DNA of 64,000 bases, from NCBI RefSeq assembly GCF_033153115.1, contig NW_026889767.1, positions 2,976,001 to 3,040,000 on the forward strand, written 5' to 3'. Positions 1-11,126 of this stretch are shown one piece after another; position 1 is the stretch's first letter, and every line of letters begins with the position of its first letter. The notes beneath the pieces were generated by a model. It ran no database searches, was not told the origin of the DNA, and saw only the letters and a program-made list of their open reading frames with translations. The translations under genes and the position numbers were made by a program. The DNA comes from Saccostrea echinata. Lineage: Eukaryota.

Positions 1-1397
1 ATTTCCATCGTAAACTTCCTTTATCAATCTAGTAATATTCAACTTTTGAAGGACAAAAGATAGGGTATTCATATTTGACATATAAAGTACCTGTGACAAT
101 CATTTTCAAATGTACTAAGATTTTTAACCCCGTGACATTGACCTTGCGTTTGACCTAATTTTCAAAAAAAATTAACAAAACTGATAACTTTTGACTGAGA
201 AAAGATATGGCATTTACATTTGACAGCGTTACCTGTTTCAAGACCATTCCAATTGTTGACATGTGCATTACCTGTTTCAACACCATTCCGATCGTATAAC
301 CTTGTATTTTATATTATATTTTTTCACGTATGTATTACTTGTTACACGACCTTTCGAATTGAATTATATTTGACCTCATGACCTTGATCTTGATGTCTGA
401 TGAAGTTTTATTAAGCTATAATCTTTGCCATAACTGTTTTCAATTCAATAATTTGTCTTTTTGTATCGTGGATAGACAATACAGGTGACACAAAAAAGAA
501 AGCTATAATACTCAGTATGCCATAAATAATGGCATCCCATCCACTAACACAACAAAAGCGGGGACCACAATTCTTTGAACGTGCTTGTTTGCTATTTTGT
601 TGGCCATTTGCTATTGAATATAAAATAATATTTACTATTATTTGTGATCCTAAATTTTAAGACTGCAGATATTAGTCAAGATTAAGTAGTTCTATGTGTT
701 TAAAATTTTATTTATAATTTTTAACATTTTTTTCCATCTGTATTTATAGCTAATTATATTTTTAATACACAGTCACTAAAGTAAAATGCTTACATTTTAC
801 TATATCTCAAATTATGGCGGTTCTTAAAAAAATTACTGCGGATTTTTGTTCCTTTTTGATTTTACAATTCATGATTTGGAATGAATTTAATTCTTTTGAA
901 TGTTGTCGTTTTTATAATATGAATTCATCAAAATGATATCAATCTCAATAAATCAATATGATTTCACTTCTTTAAGAGAAAAATCTGCAAATGATACTGC
1001 AATGATAAGATTAGACATCAATCGGTCATAAACCAAAAATAAATCAAATAAATATTGCTAGAAATTAATTATAGCAATATACATGATATAACAATTACGT
1101 ATACATTTCAACGGTTGGAGATACGGCTTTCATTCATGTGTGAATTTTTTTTAGAAGAGACCTTTCTTTGGGTACCATTTTTTTTAAAATGTCATTGACC
1201 TTGGATTTTGACCCACATTGAAGAAATCTGACCTTGACCATCAGCTGCAATAGGAAAGGGCATCAGTGTTCCACCATCAGATCTGTTTTTCTTCTTCTTC
1301 TTCTTCTTCTTTAACAATCTTTAACAATAAAATCTGTCTCTGAAGTTCTGAAATCTTCATGTTCTTTGATTCTGTCCATCAGTAACTGTAACAAATA

Positions 1398-3436
1398 CAG
1401 GACCAACCAAACACAACACCAGAGCGAACCCAGAGTACCCTTTGAGTTTGCTTGGGGTCCATTATTTCAAATACCTGGGTGCACTTTGGATGCGCCGTTG
1501 GAGAGCGCTCTTGATGCGCTCTTGGTGCGCTTTGCGTTTGCTTGGGGTCAGTATGGGTCAGCTAGGCGTGCGTTTTTCTCACGGGTGAGACCCTTCTTTT
1601 TCTTACCACCTGTAAGCCCCAGACCTAATGTATTCATATAGTAGCTGAAACAGTTCATTTTTGTTCAGTGGAGATCGGAAGATATAAAATGGAGTACGTT
1701 AACTAATTACATAAAATGACAAGGTAGTTTAAAGAAGTTCATGGATGTAATGAATAAAAGGAAAATTGATTGGCATCTGCTTTGAGAAATAATGTATGTT
1801 TTAATAAATGACTAAGTATTGATGATTACTACATGCACACAAAAATCAGATACCTTTACTAAAGAATTATTTTCTGTCTTTCATTTTTTTAATATTATCA
1901 AATCGTATTAGAATAACAGAGGGGAAGCCAATGTTATCCCTTGGCTAATCTTGGCTACCCGAAGGCAAGGTACAACACTGATTACTGCTCTGGATTTTTT
2001 TTTTTTTTTTGAAAAAGAACACATGGCTTGTACATGTATAACTATGTATGGTCACTTGGCACACATGCTTTGTTTTTTATTTCCCATTTCCATAAAAAGG
2101 AGTATTCCCAAAGGGTTTGTTCTCTCTGTTTCATCCGACTAATGATTTTAATAGATTTCAAGCTTCATTCTGAATTGTTTAAATAAATGATTTTTGCAAG
2201 AATTCCAAGGTATACTGACTGATGGATGTAGATTTAAAGACAAAACAAAGCACTCTCATCGCAAACAAACCACACAATGCACATTGAATATGAAAGCTAA
2301 CAAAAGAATAAAAGGTATGATCACTGCATTATGAGTGGGCATGACATCAACATAGCTAGAATCCTAAATTAGAAGTATATTTAACTCTATATAATGATAT
2401 TCAAGCTGTAGTCATACATAGCTAAGTTTTTAAAGACAATATATCTAATAAAAAGATTTAGAAATATCACGAAGATTAACTTATTTTACTTGATTAAACT
2501 AAAGATTAAGCTAAAATTTTATTTACCAGACTTATCTTTTTCCTAATGTAATAGTGTTGGATTTGTACAAAAATAAAGTAACAGAACTTGCCAGAATATA
2601 TGTTTTAACTTTTATTTAAATTTGATATTCAAAACCTAGATCCACCCCTTAGTTCTCCCTTACCTGTACATACTTATATATTACCTAAGGGCATTGGTCA
2701 GGTGTTTTGGAAGTGGTTATTGTTATTTTGGTTTTTATTGGTTATTGATTTGAAAGGTCTGATTCTATTGGTTTTATTGACTGGGTTGGAGTTTTCCCGC
2801 TTTATTAAGACCATTCTTTGTTCAGAGGTTGATTTGACCAGACTATATATATATTCATAAAGACATTTTTGACTTTGGACAGATTTCCATTTCTGGGCTT
2901 ACACAATACAACACAATATATATAATCACTCCACTGTGCAATAAATCTGATGAACCCTGACAGGAGTGTTGTGTTATATACTTCCATAGTGATATGTACA
3001 TTTAAACCTTCAACATAAACTTCCAAAGCCTCTAAAGTTACCTCGTCTGGGCTTTTTGATTAAAATAATTGATCTGCGGTCTTTTGGACACTGATCGGTG
3101 CATATATTTTACTGCTTCTTGAAAGAAACGTGAGATCTGTTCAACAGAGCGAACGTTCGCAAGCGCTCGCAAACATTTCTGTTGGAGGGATACGGAATTT
3201 TTGGCGACCCCTCGGGAGCGTTCGTTCTGTTGAACAGGCCTCTGATTGACATCTTTGGTATGTAATAGCAAACACGTTCGTTTTCTGGGTGCGCTTCTAA
3301 AATGGCGTTTGCATTTGGTCCGCCCGGGGTGCGCTTTGGTGCTTTCTGGGTTTACACGGTATCGATTTTAGCTTAGGAAAGCGAATCCGGGGTTCGGTTA
3401 AGTTAGCTCTCTGTTACGTGTGTCTGGTCTTTACTG
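1398..3436. mobile_element. Possible degenerate non-autonomous TIR DNA transposon
   Basis: The left end TA|CAGGACCAACCAAACACA..CAGAGCGAAC resembles the reverse complement of the right end TA|CAGTAAAGACCAGACACA..CAGAGAGCTAAC. Both ends are GC-richer than the background and share GGTGCGCTTTG-type motifs. No transposase recognised. Confidence 0.3.
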
Positions 3437-4346
3437 TAGATTTGCAGTAAGATATTTGAATTTTATTAAGAGTAATATAGGTTTCAGAGAACCCGAATGT
3501 AATTTAGGCATCCAAGTACACACATTAATGTTTTAAATATCTAAAAGACCCCTGGTAGTACAAGACGGACTGATGACCATTCCTGATCACTGAAACTACT
3601 AAGGGTGAAATCAAGGGGTTACACACATGGCTGAAATGTGACAAAAACTGGTTTGAGCCAAGGGTGTTCAAAACAATAAAATTAAAATACATTATAGGTA
3701 ATCTTTAACACCCTTTTAAACAATATTCTAACTAAAACGTTATATTGTCGATCTCTTTTCATGTAAGTCAACATTCTGTCCATACTTTTAACAGCTCATA
3801 TTTTCGATAATACCATTTTTTTTGTAAATCTTCCGAGTATCATCTCAAAAATTCTTCGTGAAATTGCTATCACGACTGTCAGGATAAGATTTTGTCTTCG
3901 TCCAATATTAAGGTATATTAAAAAAAAACAGTCTTATTTCTCGGCCATTTTTTTTTTATCGCAAAATGAAAAGAATTTATACCCTTGCTGAATCGCTTGA
4001 AAAGAAATCGATATGGGTAATAAAGGATCACATTTGAAAATTTGAAATAGTTTCAGATGAACTGAACAAGGTGATGATTAAAATTTCATATTTCCAGATC
4101 AATCAAACATTTATTGCTCACAAGTATTATATTTCTATTTCTATATCATTTTAGGACTTGATGAGAGTGCAAAGATTTGTTTTCAGCCATAATCATGAGT
4201 CATGAAGATATATCTATGGATTATTTGCAACATGAACTACTGTTCCGATACTGTACCCTAGAAATATATACAAAAACAATTATAAAATGAGTCTAGTACT
4301 ATTCTGCCAGTAGCATCTCGCAGAATATACTCATATATACAGGGAG

Positions 4347-4683
4347 ATGCACACTTTAAAAGCCCATATCATCTTTGTTACGATGAAAATAATTTTTATA
4401 TATGTTGCCGTATTAGGTATGCCATTCATCTGGTTTACTGCTGGACAAAATATCAAAAAGAATGTACAATACGGTAAGAGAATGTTAGGCGCATTGATTG
4501 ACATCGTTCAAGGAGTAAGTTTTACAGAGTGTACTGAAGATTGTATCAGTCGGAGACGATGTTTGTCTGTGAATTACTGGAGAAGTATACTGTTATGTGA
4601 AATGAACAGTGTAAACACATCGTCACATTCACTCTCAGGTGAACGCAGAACGGCGTTTGTTAACATTGCATTATGGGACACAG
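4347..4683 (+). CDS. Exon encoding signal peptide + PAN/Apple domain (first exon of the FReD locus, itself still open)
   Basis: MKIIFIYVAVLGMPFIWFTAG followed by C-x3-C-x5-C-x-S-x-N-Y-x6-C-E. Donor CAG|GTAAAA at 4683/4684. Confidence 0.8.
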
Positions 4684-6206
4684 GTAAAATACTGTAACTT
4701 CACTTTACAACCGTCAAAAATAAATTGATACAAGAATCCCACATTCAGCTAGTGAGTTCTTCCTGTTTAATTCTTCAGGGTGGTCGACTTGCAAACTCAT
4801 TGCGTAATATTTATTTTCACAATGAAATACAGAGTAGAAATTCCTAAAGAGATTACAGAACCTAATACTTTCATAGAATTAAGAGATAACAAAGAGATGG
4901 AACTCTTAATTTTTGAAGGATGTGTTAGTTTTCACATATTTCAATTTTTGCAAATTTTCATATCTCTATTTAATGGTCAAAAAGCAATTCCTTGTCAAAC
5001 CCAAAGTATATACACCTACAGGTATATCTCACACTGTCCCTATATAATATCATTACAGTATATTATCGTAAATTTCTTTATCTTCACTGCAGTCAACACC
5101 TTACAAAAAGAAAAAAAAATTTCAACTGTAATTTTTCACTCACAAAAACCTTGAACTGAGATAATTGATACAATATTTGTAATACTGAAAAAAAAAAAAA
5201 TTCTGCTAGCCCTGAAAATACTACGAGCCAAAATTATTGATAAATAACATATCACTGATTGAATCTTTTGAAATTGATTAATAGGCTGACTATAAGATTT
5301 CATTTGAAATAGCAAGGTATACAGACAAAAAGCCTGAAAACAATCTTCAATTCATATTTTATGACTTTGTTATCATTAAGTAATGAAATGGAACAAAGTA
5401 ACCAATAACCTTGAATAGGTTTTTTTAAATGATAAACAAAGCTGTATTTCACAATTAAAGACTCAATTACTTGTTCAAAACATATTCATGCTATTATATA
5501 AGACTTTTCTTTACTTTTTGAAGCAATTCATCGGAGGTTGTAGAAATCATCAATGTGCAATTAACATGAAGTGTGTACCTGGTCCTCTTCAGTCTCATAG
5601 GTGTGAAATTTCAGGTAATGTAAGAATACGTAGTTATAAGGGGGATTCAAGAACAAGATCATAAAAAACACCAGAAACCTTAGTATTTGCAAATTTTGGC
5701 GAAAGTTGGAAATCTTTTGTAATAGAAGGAAAAAGATATTGTCTGAAAAACCATTGCGTGCGATTGTTTACTTTACAGAAAGAGATTTTATGTACATCTT
5801 AAAGAGTGTTGATTTACAATACTTGATTGTTTAATAAAATGAATAAAACGATCAGTTACCATGCGCAAGAGTCCAATGAAACAATCACAAATTTTGAGAA
5901 GAGCAAAAATGGACCTCTGAGAACATCAGAGAATGCACCAGGTGCCATGGAGGAGTACGCATTTTCTGCTGACCGGTCTCAGCTGCCTTATTTTCAGTAG
6001 AACATGTTTTTGGTAGATTATCATTACATAAAATTAAAACTATATCTGTATATCCTGTATTGTGAGGTTTAACTCACCCAATTCATACATTTCCAAGAGC
6101 AAATTCGATTTCAATAGCGATAATATCATGCCGATATCGTATCGATGTTGACCGAAATCAATACTATGAAATTGAAATTATTGGATACCATATATAAGAT
6201 TGAGTG

Positions 6207-6207
<1 letters not shown>

Positions 6208-6284
<77 letters not shown>
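6208..6284. repeat. (TA)n microsatellite
   Basis: Uninterrupted TA dinucleotide run between two direct copies of a ~50 bp sequence. Confidence 0.95.
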
Positions 6285-6286
<2 letters not shown>

Positions 6287-6332
6287 TATCGATGTTGACC
6301 GAAATCAATACTATGAAATTGAAGTTATTGGA

Positions 6333-6564
6333 NNNNNNNNNNNNNNNNNNNNNNNNNNNNNNNNNNNNNNNNNNNNNNNNNNNNNNNNNNNNNNNNNNNN
6401 NNNNNNNNNNNNNNNNNNNNNNNNNNNNNNNNNNNNNNNNNNNNNNNNNNNNNNNNNNNNNNNNNNNNNNNNNNNNNNNNNNNNNNNNNNNNNNNNNNNN
6501 NNNNNNNNNNNNNNNNNNNNNNNNNNNNNNNNNNNNNNNNNNNNNNNNNNNNNNNNNNNNNNNN
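6333..6564. other. Assembly gap (N run)
   Basis: 232 N bases. Confidence 0.99.
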
Positions 6565-6973
6565 TACGGTATCCAATAATTTCAATTTCATAGTACATGT
6601 ATTGATTTTTTTTTATATCTTTTTTTGTATTTCCAGTTTGTGACCTTTTTCTAGCTTGAAAAACGCAATAAAAATAAAATCAAATGGACAGCTTTTAAGA
6701 ATTGGTACTGGTTTCTTTAGAATATTATAATGCTATTCGGTAACATGTGTCTGATCTGACATCGGTTGAGACGCTGGATATCAATAGTAAAGAAATTGAT
6801 GTACCATATGTTTACTCGAAGGGATACAAATGGATCGTAAGTCACTTAAACTAGTTTCATTTTTAAATGAATATTTTTTTTAATTTGCAACAGTTCACAT
6901 CTTGATGTCAGGAAAGTGAATATTATGAAGAGTGTTTTTCCTTCTTTTTTTGTATGAACCATTAAACATTTGT

Positions 6974-7013
<40 letters not shown>

Positions 7014-8127
7014 AATCAACAAAATAAATGCATTTTCTTACCAGATATAGATTTTGCACTCTTCTTAAGACTTTTATTGAAATAAAATATCTTTCTTCAC
7101 TGTTGCGCTTGGCCTTAAGTTTGAACAAAACTGATTCAAAATATAATGAAATTGAAAATATTTCTCAACTTCTTACATTTGTTACAATCATTCAATCTAG
7201 GATTTGAGCATGAGTGTCTTCATCATCAAGTTTTTGAAGATTTATTATCCATTCTTTATACATTTGATACAGTTTTTACTGTCAAAAATCAATATCCTTA
7301 TAATGCCATTTTTTGTCCAAATAACTTTTTTCTGATTGCTGGGTAGCCTTGTCATGTCAACTCTACAGCAAAAATCTGTTATATGTAGTCATAGTAAACG
7401 ACTCTGAAAATCCACTATAATAATGAATAAATTGCGAAGTATTGAATGCTATATTTGTATTTGACACCTTATTTTATTAGGTGATATAAAGAAGATGTTT
7501 TAACAACACAGATTTTTATAGACGTTGGTCCAGTTACAAGACTGGTTTCGGTAACTTTAAAGAGAAATCAGATCTTTGGATAGGTATGCTTGAAAAGTGA
7601 TATAGTTATGATAAGATACCCTCTTTATCAAAGAACAACCTTCTCTAAGAAAAATCTATCACTCGTATTTAGGTTCTCAATTATTTATTTCCTTTGTACT
7701 AAAATGGATACATATGTATAATTTTGCAACAGGAAATGACGCAATACATATGTTAAAAATGGCTACAATTATATGAGAGTGGAGATGCTGAACACACGAC
7801 AAGTTATTGGAGGCAGAATACAAACATTTCTTGGTTGACAATGAAAGCACCGAATACAACTTAACAATCAATGGATTCAAGGGGTTATACGGTGAGAATA
7901 ATACATTACAAGCATATTCGAATACAAAATTTTACAATCACTGCAGTACTGTTCTTTGGAAGGAAAAAATAATATAGTATTCTGAAATATGAAGTACCAT
8001 GAATTGTTTTATAGCATCATTTAATAATCTGCAAATTAAAAAAAAAACTTTAGCATTTAATATTAAATGTAATAGCTACCCAATTTATACGGTATAAACT
8101 GGGTTGTGGCAGTTTAATAAAACAAAA

Positions 8128-8245
8128 ACGCTTGGCAAAGAAACAGCTACTACCTATGTTTATGTCTTTGGTTTGACGCGGCGAACGAGAATCGAACCCG
8201 GGTCTCCCGATGACAATTAATGTCGTCAAGTATGACCACCGGCCA
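8128..8245 (-). mobile_element. tRNA-derived SINE fragment
   Basis: The minus strand reads GGGAGACCCGGGTTCGATTCTCG (B-box), then GCGTCAAACCAAAGACATAAACATAGGTAGTAGCTGTTTCTTTGCCAAGCG, similar to the body that follows the tRNA head in mollusc SINEs. Confidence 0.6.
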
Positions 8246-8545
8246 TTATTAGACATCGAAAAATAAACGTGTTATCGCAGCAGTCAGGCATGATGTCACA
8301 GCAATGTTTTAATTTTGATTGGCTTAGAAAATGCACATAGTTAAATGGCGTATTACATTATACATATGAAACGTCGTTGAGAGAAACATTGAAAATTAAG
8401 CCCCCCCCCCCCCCCCCCAGCCCCAGAAAATCATTGTTAACCAAGATGCAATCGAGGTTAAAATGGATGTTGAGGGATGGAAATTTTTTATTGTTACCCT
8501 AAACTACATATGATATTGATTTTATTATACTGAATGTTTTATAAG

Positions 8546-8720
8546 GGAAGCCTTTGCGCGAAGCTTTTGCACGGTCAACATTTTTTAGAGTATCACCCGC
8601 CGTCAAGCAATGTTGACTGTTGCCACGTTCTATAATATTGGAGGGCATGGTTTCAACATTCAAAGCGTTATAGGGTATTTAACAAATGTTTTTCGTATTA
8701 CTCTGTATTACTCTGCTGGG
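8546..8720 (+). pseudogene. Possible degraded last FReD exon
   Basis: After AAG| one frame reads LHGQHF..NVDCCHVL*YWRAWF..KC, loosely like the HNGMxF..NCA..GGWWF..C end of FReD domains. Confidence 0.3.
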
Positions 8721-9497
8721 ATGGCGGTCATTTTTGAATTGGGTTCTATATCTTATAGGTTGCACAGTAGAAAACTGACCTCTGGGGTTCTTTTTCTATA
8801 AAATATTTAACTTTTACAGATGGGGAGGGGGGGGGGTCATTTTTAATGTAAAAAAACTGACTCCCGTCATCATTCTAAATAGGTAATTATTTTTTCTCTA
8901 CACCGGATTTGGTTTAGACTTCATAGAAGTTATCGATTACCGTTCGGTCCTTGTCGTAAGGCTGTATGCATGAATTACGTCGGTAGTGGTTTCGCATACT
9001 TCATTTTAATTCCAGTCAATATACACTAAGAATGTAGAAATAGGAGAAACTTTTTATAGACATTATTTCTATAACATCATATTGTCCCCTCATTTTAAGT
9101 TTGTTATCTCGAGATGATATTTAATATTTTTCTTCATTTTTTATTGTAATGGTATGTTTGAACTTCATTATTTTGATGTTGATTTATCCTTGGAATATGC
9201 AATGGATGTAGGGATATAAATTTTATAGTGAAATCCACAGGAGTACAGATCCTGATATGTCTTACGCCCTAATATTAAAAACCAGGAATCTGAATTTATC
9301 TCATTAACTTCAGATGTATATTTGTATGTAATTGTAAATATATAACAGGCCCGTAGAACGCAGAGGGGGGGGGGGGGGTCTGGGGGGCCCATCCCCCCAT
9401 TTTTCTGAGTATAGTATTTTGCTATAGTAAAATTTCCTTTCGATGCTGGTTGGCCCCCGATTTTTAATGTTGTAAGGTTCAACACTGGCAGTAAATT

Positions 9498-9542
<45 letters not shown>

Positions 9543-11126
9543 TGCTTGTCAGATAATTTTGGGAAGTTGCCCCCCCCCCCCACACACACACACATACTTT
9601 TGTTCAGTTTAATTTTCTTTTCTTTTTTCGATTTAATAAAAACAAAGATTATTTGCATTTGATCTTTTGAATTTTCTTACACGATTCTGTTATTTGTTTC
9701 TAAAACAAACTCTTTTCTGACATTGTATCAAAATATTATCTGAAATTTTGTCCATCGTCTGGAAAAAAAAATCCTTGATGGAATTCATAATTGTACCGAT
9801 GTTACGTCGCCGTATGATATACCAGGGCTCCCAGTATTTAGGGCGTTCGAATTAGTTACTTTCAGTGTATCATATTTAACTACATTAACACCAGCAGTAA
9901 TGATGTGTTCAACGGTGCAGTAATTGTGAAACATTCGTAGAAAACAAAGGAGTAGACTTCATTTGGGAATATGATGGTATGCAGGATTGAATTATTTATT
10001 ATTAAGAATGTGACTTAAGTTCACATCATCTTCACATTGCTTATTTCGGAAAGGAAATATGCTTTCACTATCTGTATAGGAGCCAAAATCTCTAAACAGA
10101 ATTATTTATAGACTTGATCCTTTTGTTTTGAAGTATGACCCTTCAAATAAAATTTGGGAATCTTTCCTGAAAGATCACTTTATGGTGTTTAGACATGAGT
10201 CTTATCATTTGAGGGATTTTAGAATTTAGCAAACTAATCGGCACCAACTTATTGCCTTTCCACAATGAGAAGGAACAAAAAATCGTGCATCAATTTAAGT
10301 GACCTTGATAGTCAAGAAACAAACATGAATACTGAAGTTCTATCAGATATGTATAGTGTACTACAGTTAACTATAATTTTTACTACATATGCATAGTAGT
10401 TGGGTTTATTATTGTAAATACTTTGATTTATTTTGGAGCTCTATTTGATAACTTTCTTTAGGTTAAGGACCTTTTTGTTATTAAAATTTAATTTCAATGA
10501 AGTAAAGAATTTAAGATTTAATAATTTTGAGGTCATAATAAAAATACTATTATTTAACATAGAAATTTTAAATTACTTTAACTCAAACTTTGATACTATT
10601 GTAAACTATGAAATCAATAACTATAGTGACCTAAAGTATTTTTGGTTAAGTATATTCCCCTTATCTGTATTTCTTTTAGATTATGAAAAGCAATCGACAG
10701 GTTTGGTCATTTTTAGATCACTGTGTACATGTAACCGTATATACAGACGTCAAGACTTTTTTTTCGAAACAATGTTTTATTTTATAAATACATAGAAGAA
10801 ACCTATGTGTTTGAAAGACATTTTAAAGTTTAATTTAATCAAATTAGCTTAAAGATGTCATATCAGTGTCATATTAGCTTAAAGATGTCATATCAGATGT
10901 AATCTGAAACACCATCATCAGATTATTTACTTTTAAAAGCATAAAAATTAATGAAAATATACTTTTCCGTTTATAAGTTTACTATAAAAAGACACTTTTT
11001 ACTCAATAAAAAATCATTAAAGACATTTTTTATATTGACTGAAAACTTGATATTTTCTACTTGAATAAGTATAAGACATACGAACGAGTGGTTTGGTTTT
11101 ATTCATTTCAAGACGAACACAGCATA

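Larger units (their letters stand above)
4347..7891 (+). pseudogene. Signal peptide + PAN/Apple + EGF-like + fibrinogen-related domain (FReD) gene, disrupted
   Basis: AG/GT-bounded exons. 4347/4383-4683: hydrophobic N-terminus and CTEDCISRRRCLSVNY..LCEMN (PAN/Apple pattern). 5524-5614: QFIGGCRNHQCAINMKCVPGPLQSHRCEIS. About 6638-6836: ends ..EIDVPYVYSKGYKWI, with upstream stops. 7481-7583: VI*RRCFNNTDFYRRWSSYKTGFGNFKEKSDLWIG, the FReD core with TAA at the conserved Gln. 7733-7891: GNDAIHML../..YMRVEM../..EAEYKHFLVDNESTEYNLTINGFKG, frameshifted. Exons 1 and 2 are out of phase. Confidence 0.85.

Noticed and set aside
6145-6598. ORFs 6145, 6204, 6311 and 6325 (YIYIYI.., poly-X)
   Set aside because: Artefacts of the (TA)n tract and the N gap.
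8400-9595. Poly-G/poly-C tracts as regulatory G-quadruplexes
   Set aside because: Such tracts recur throughout the window inside common short repeats; nothing is locus-specific.
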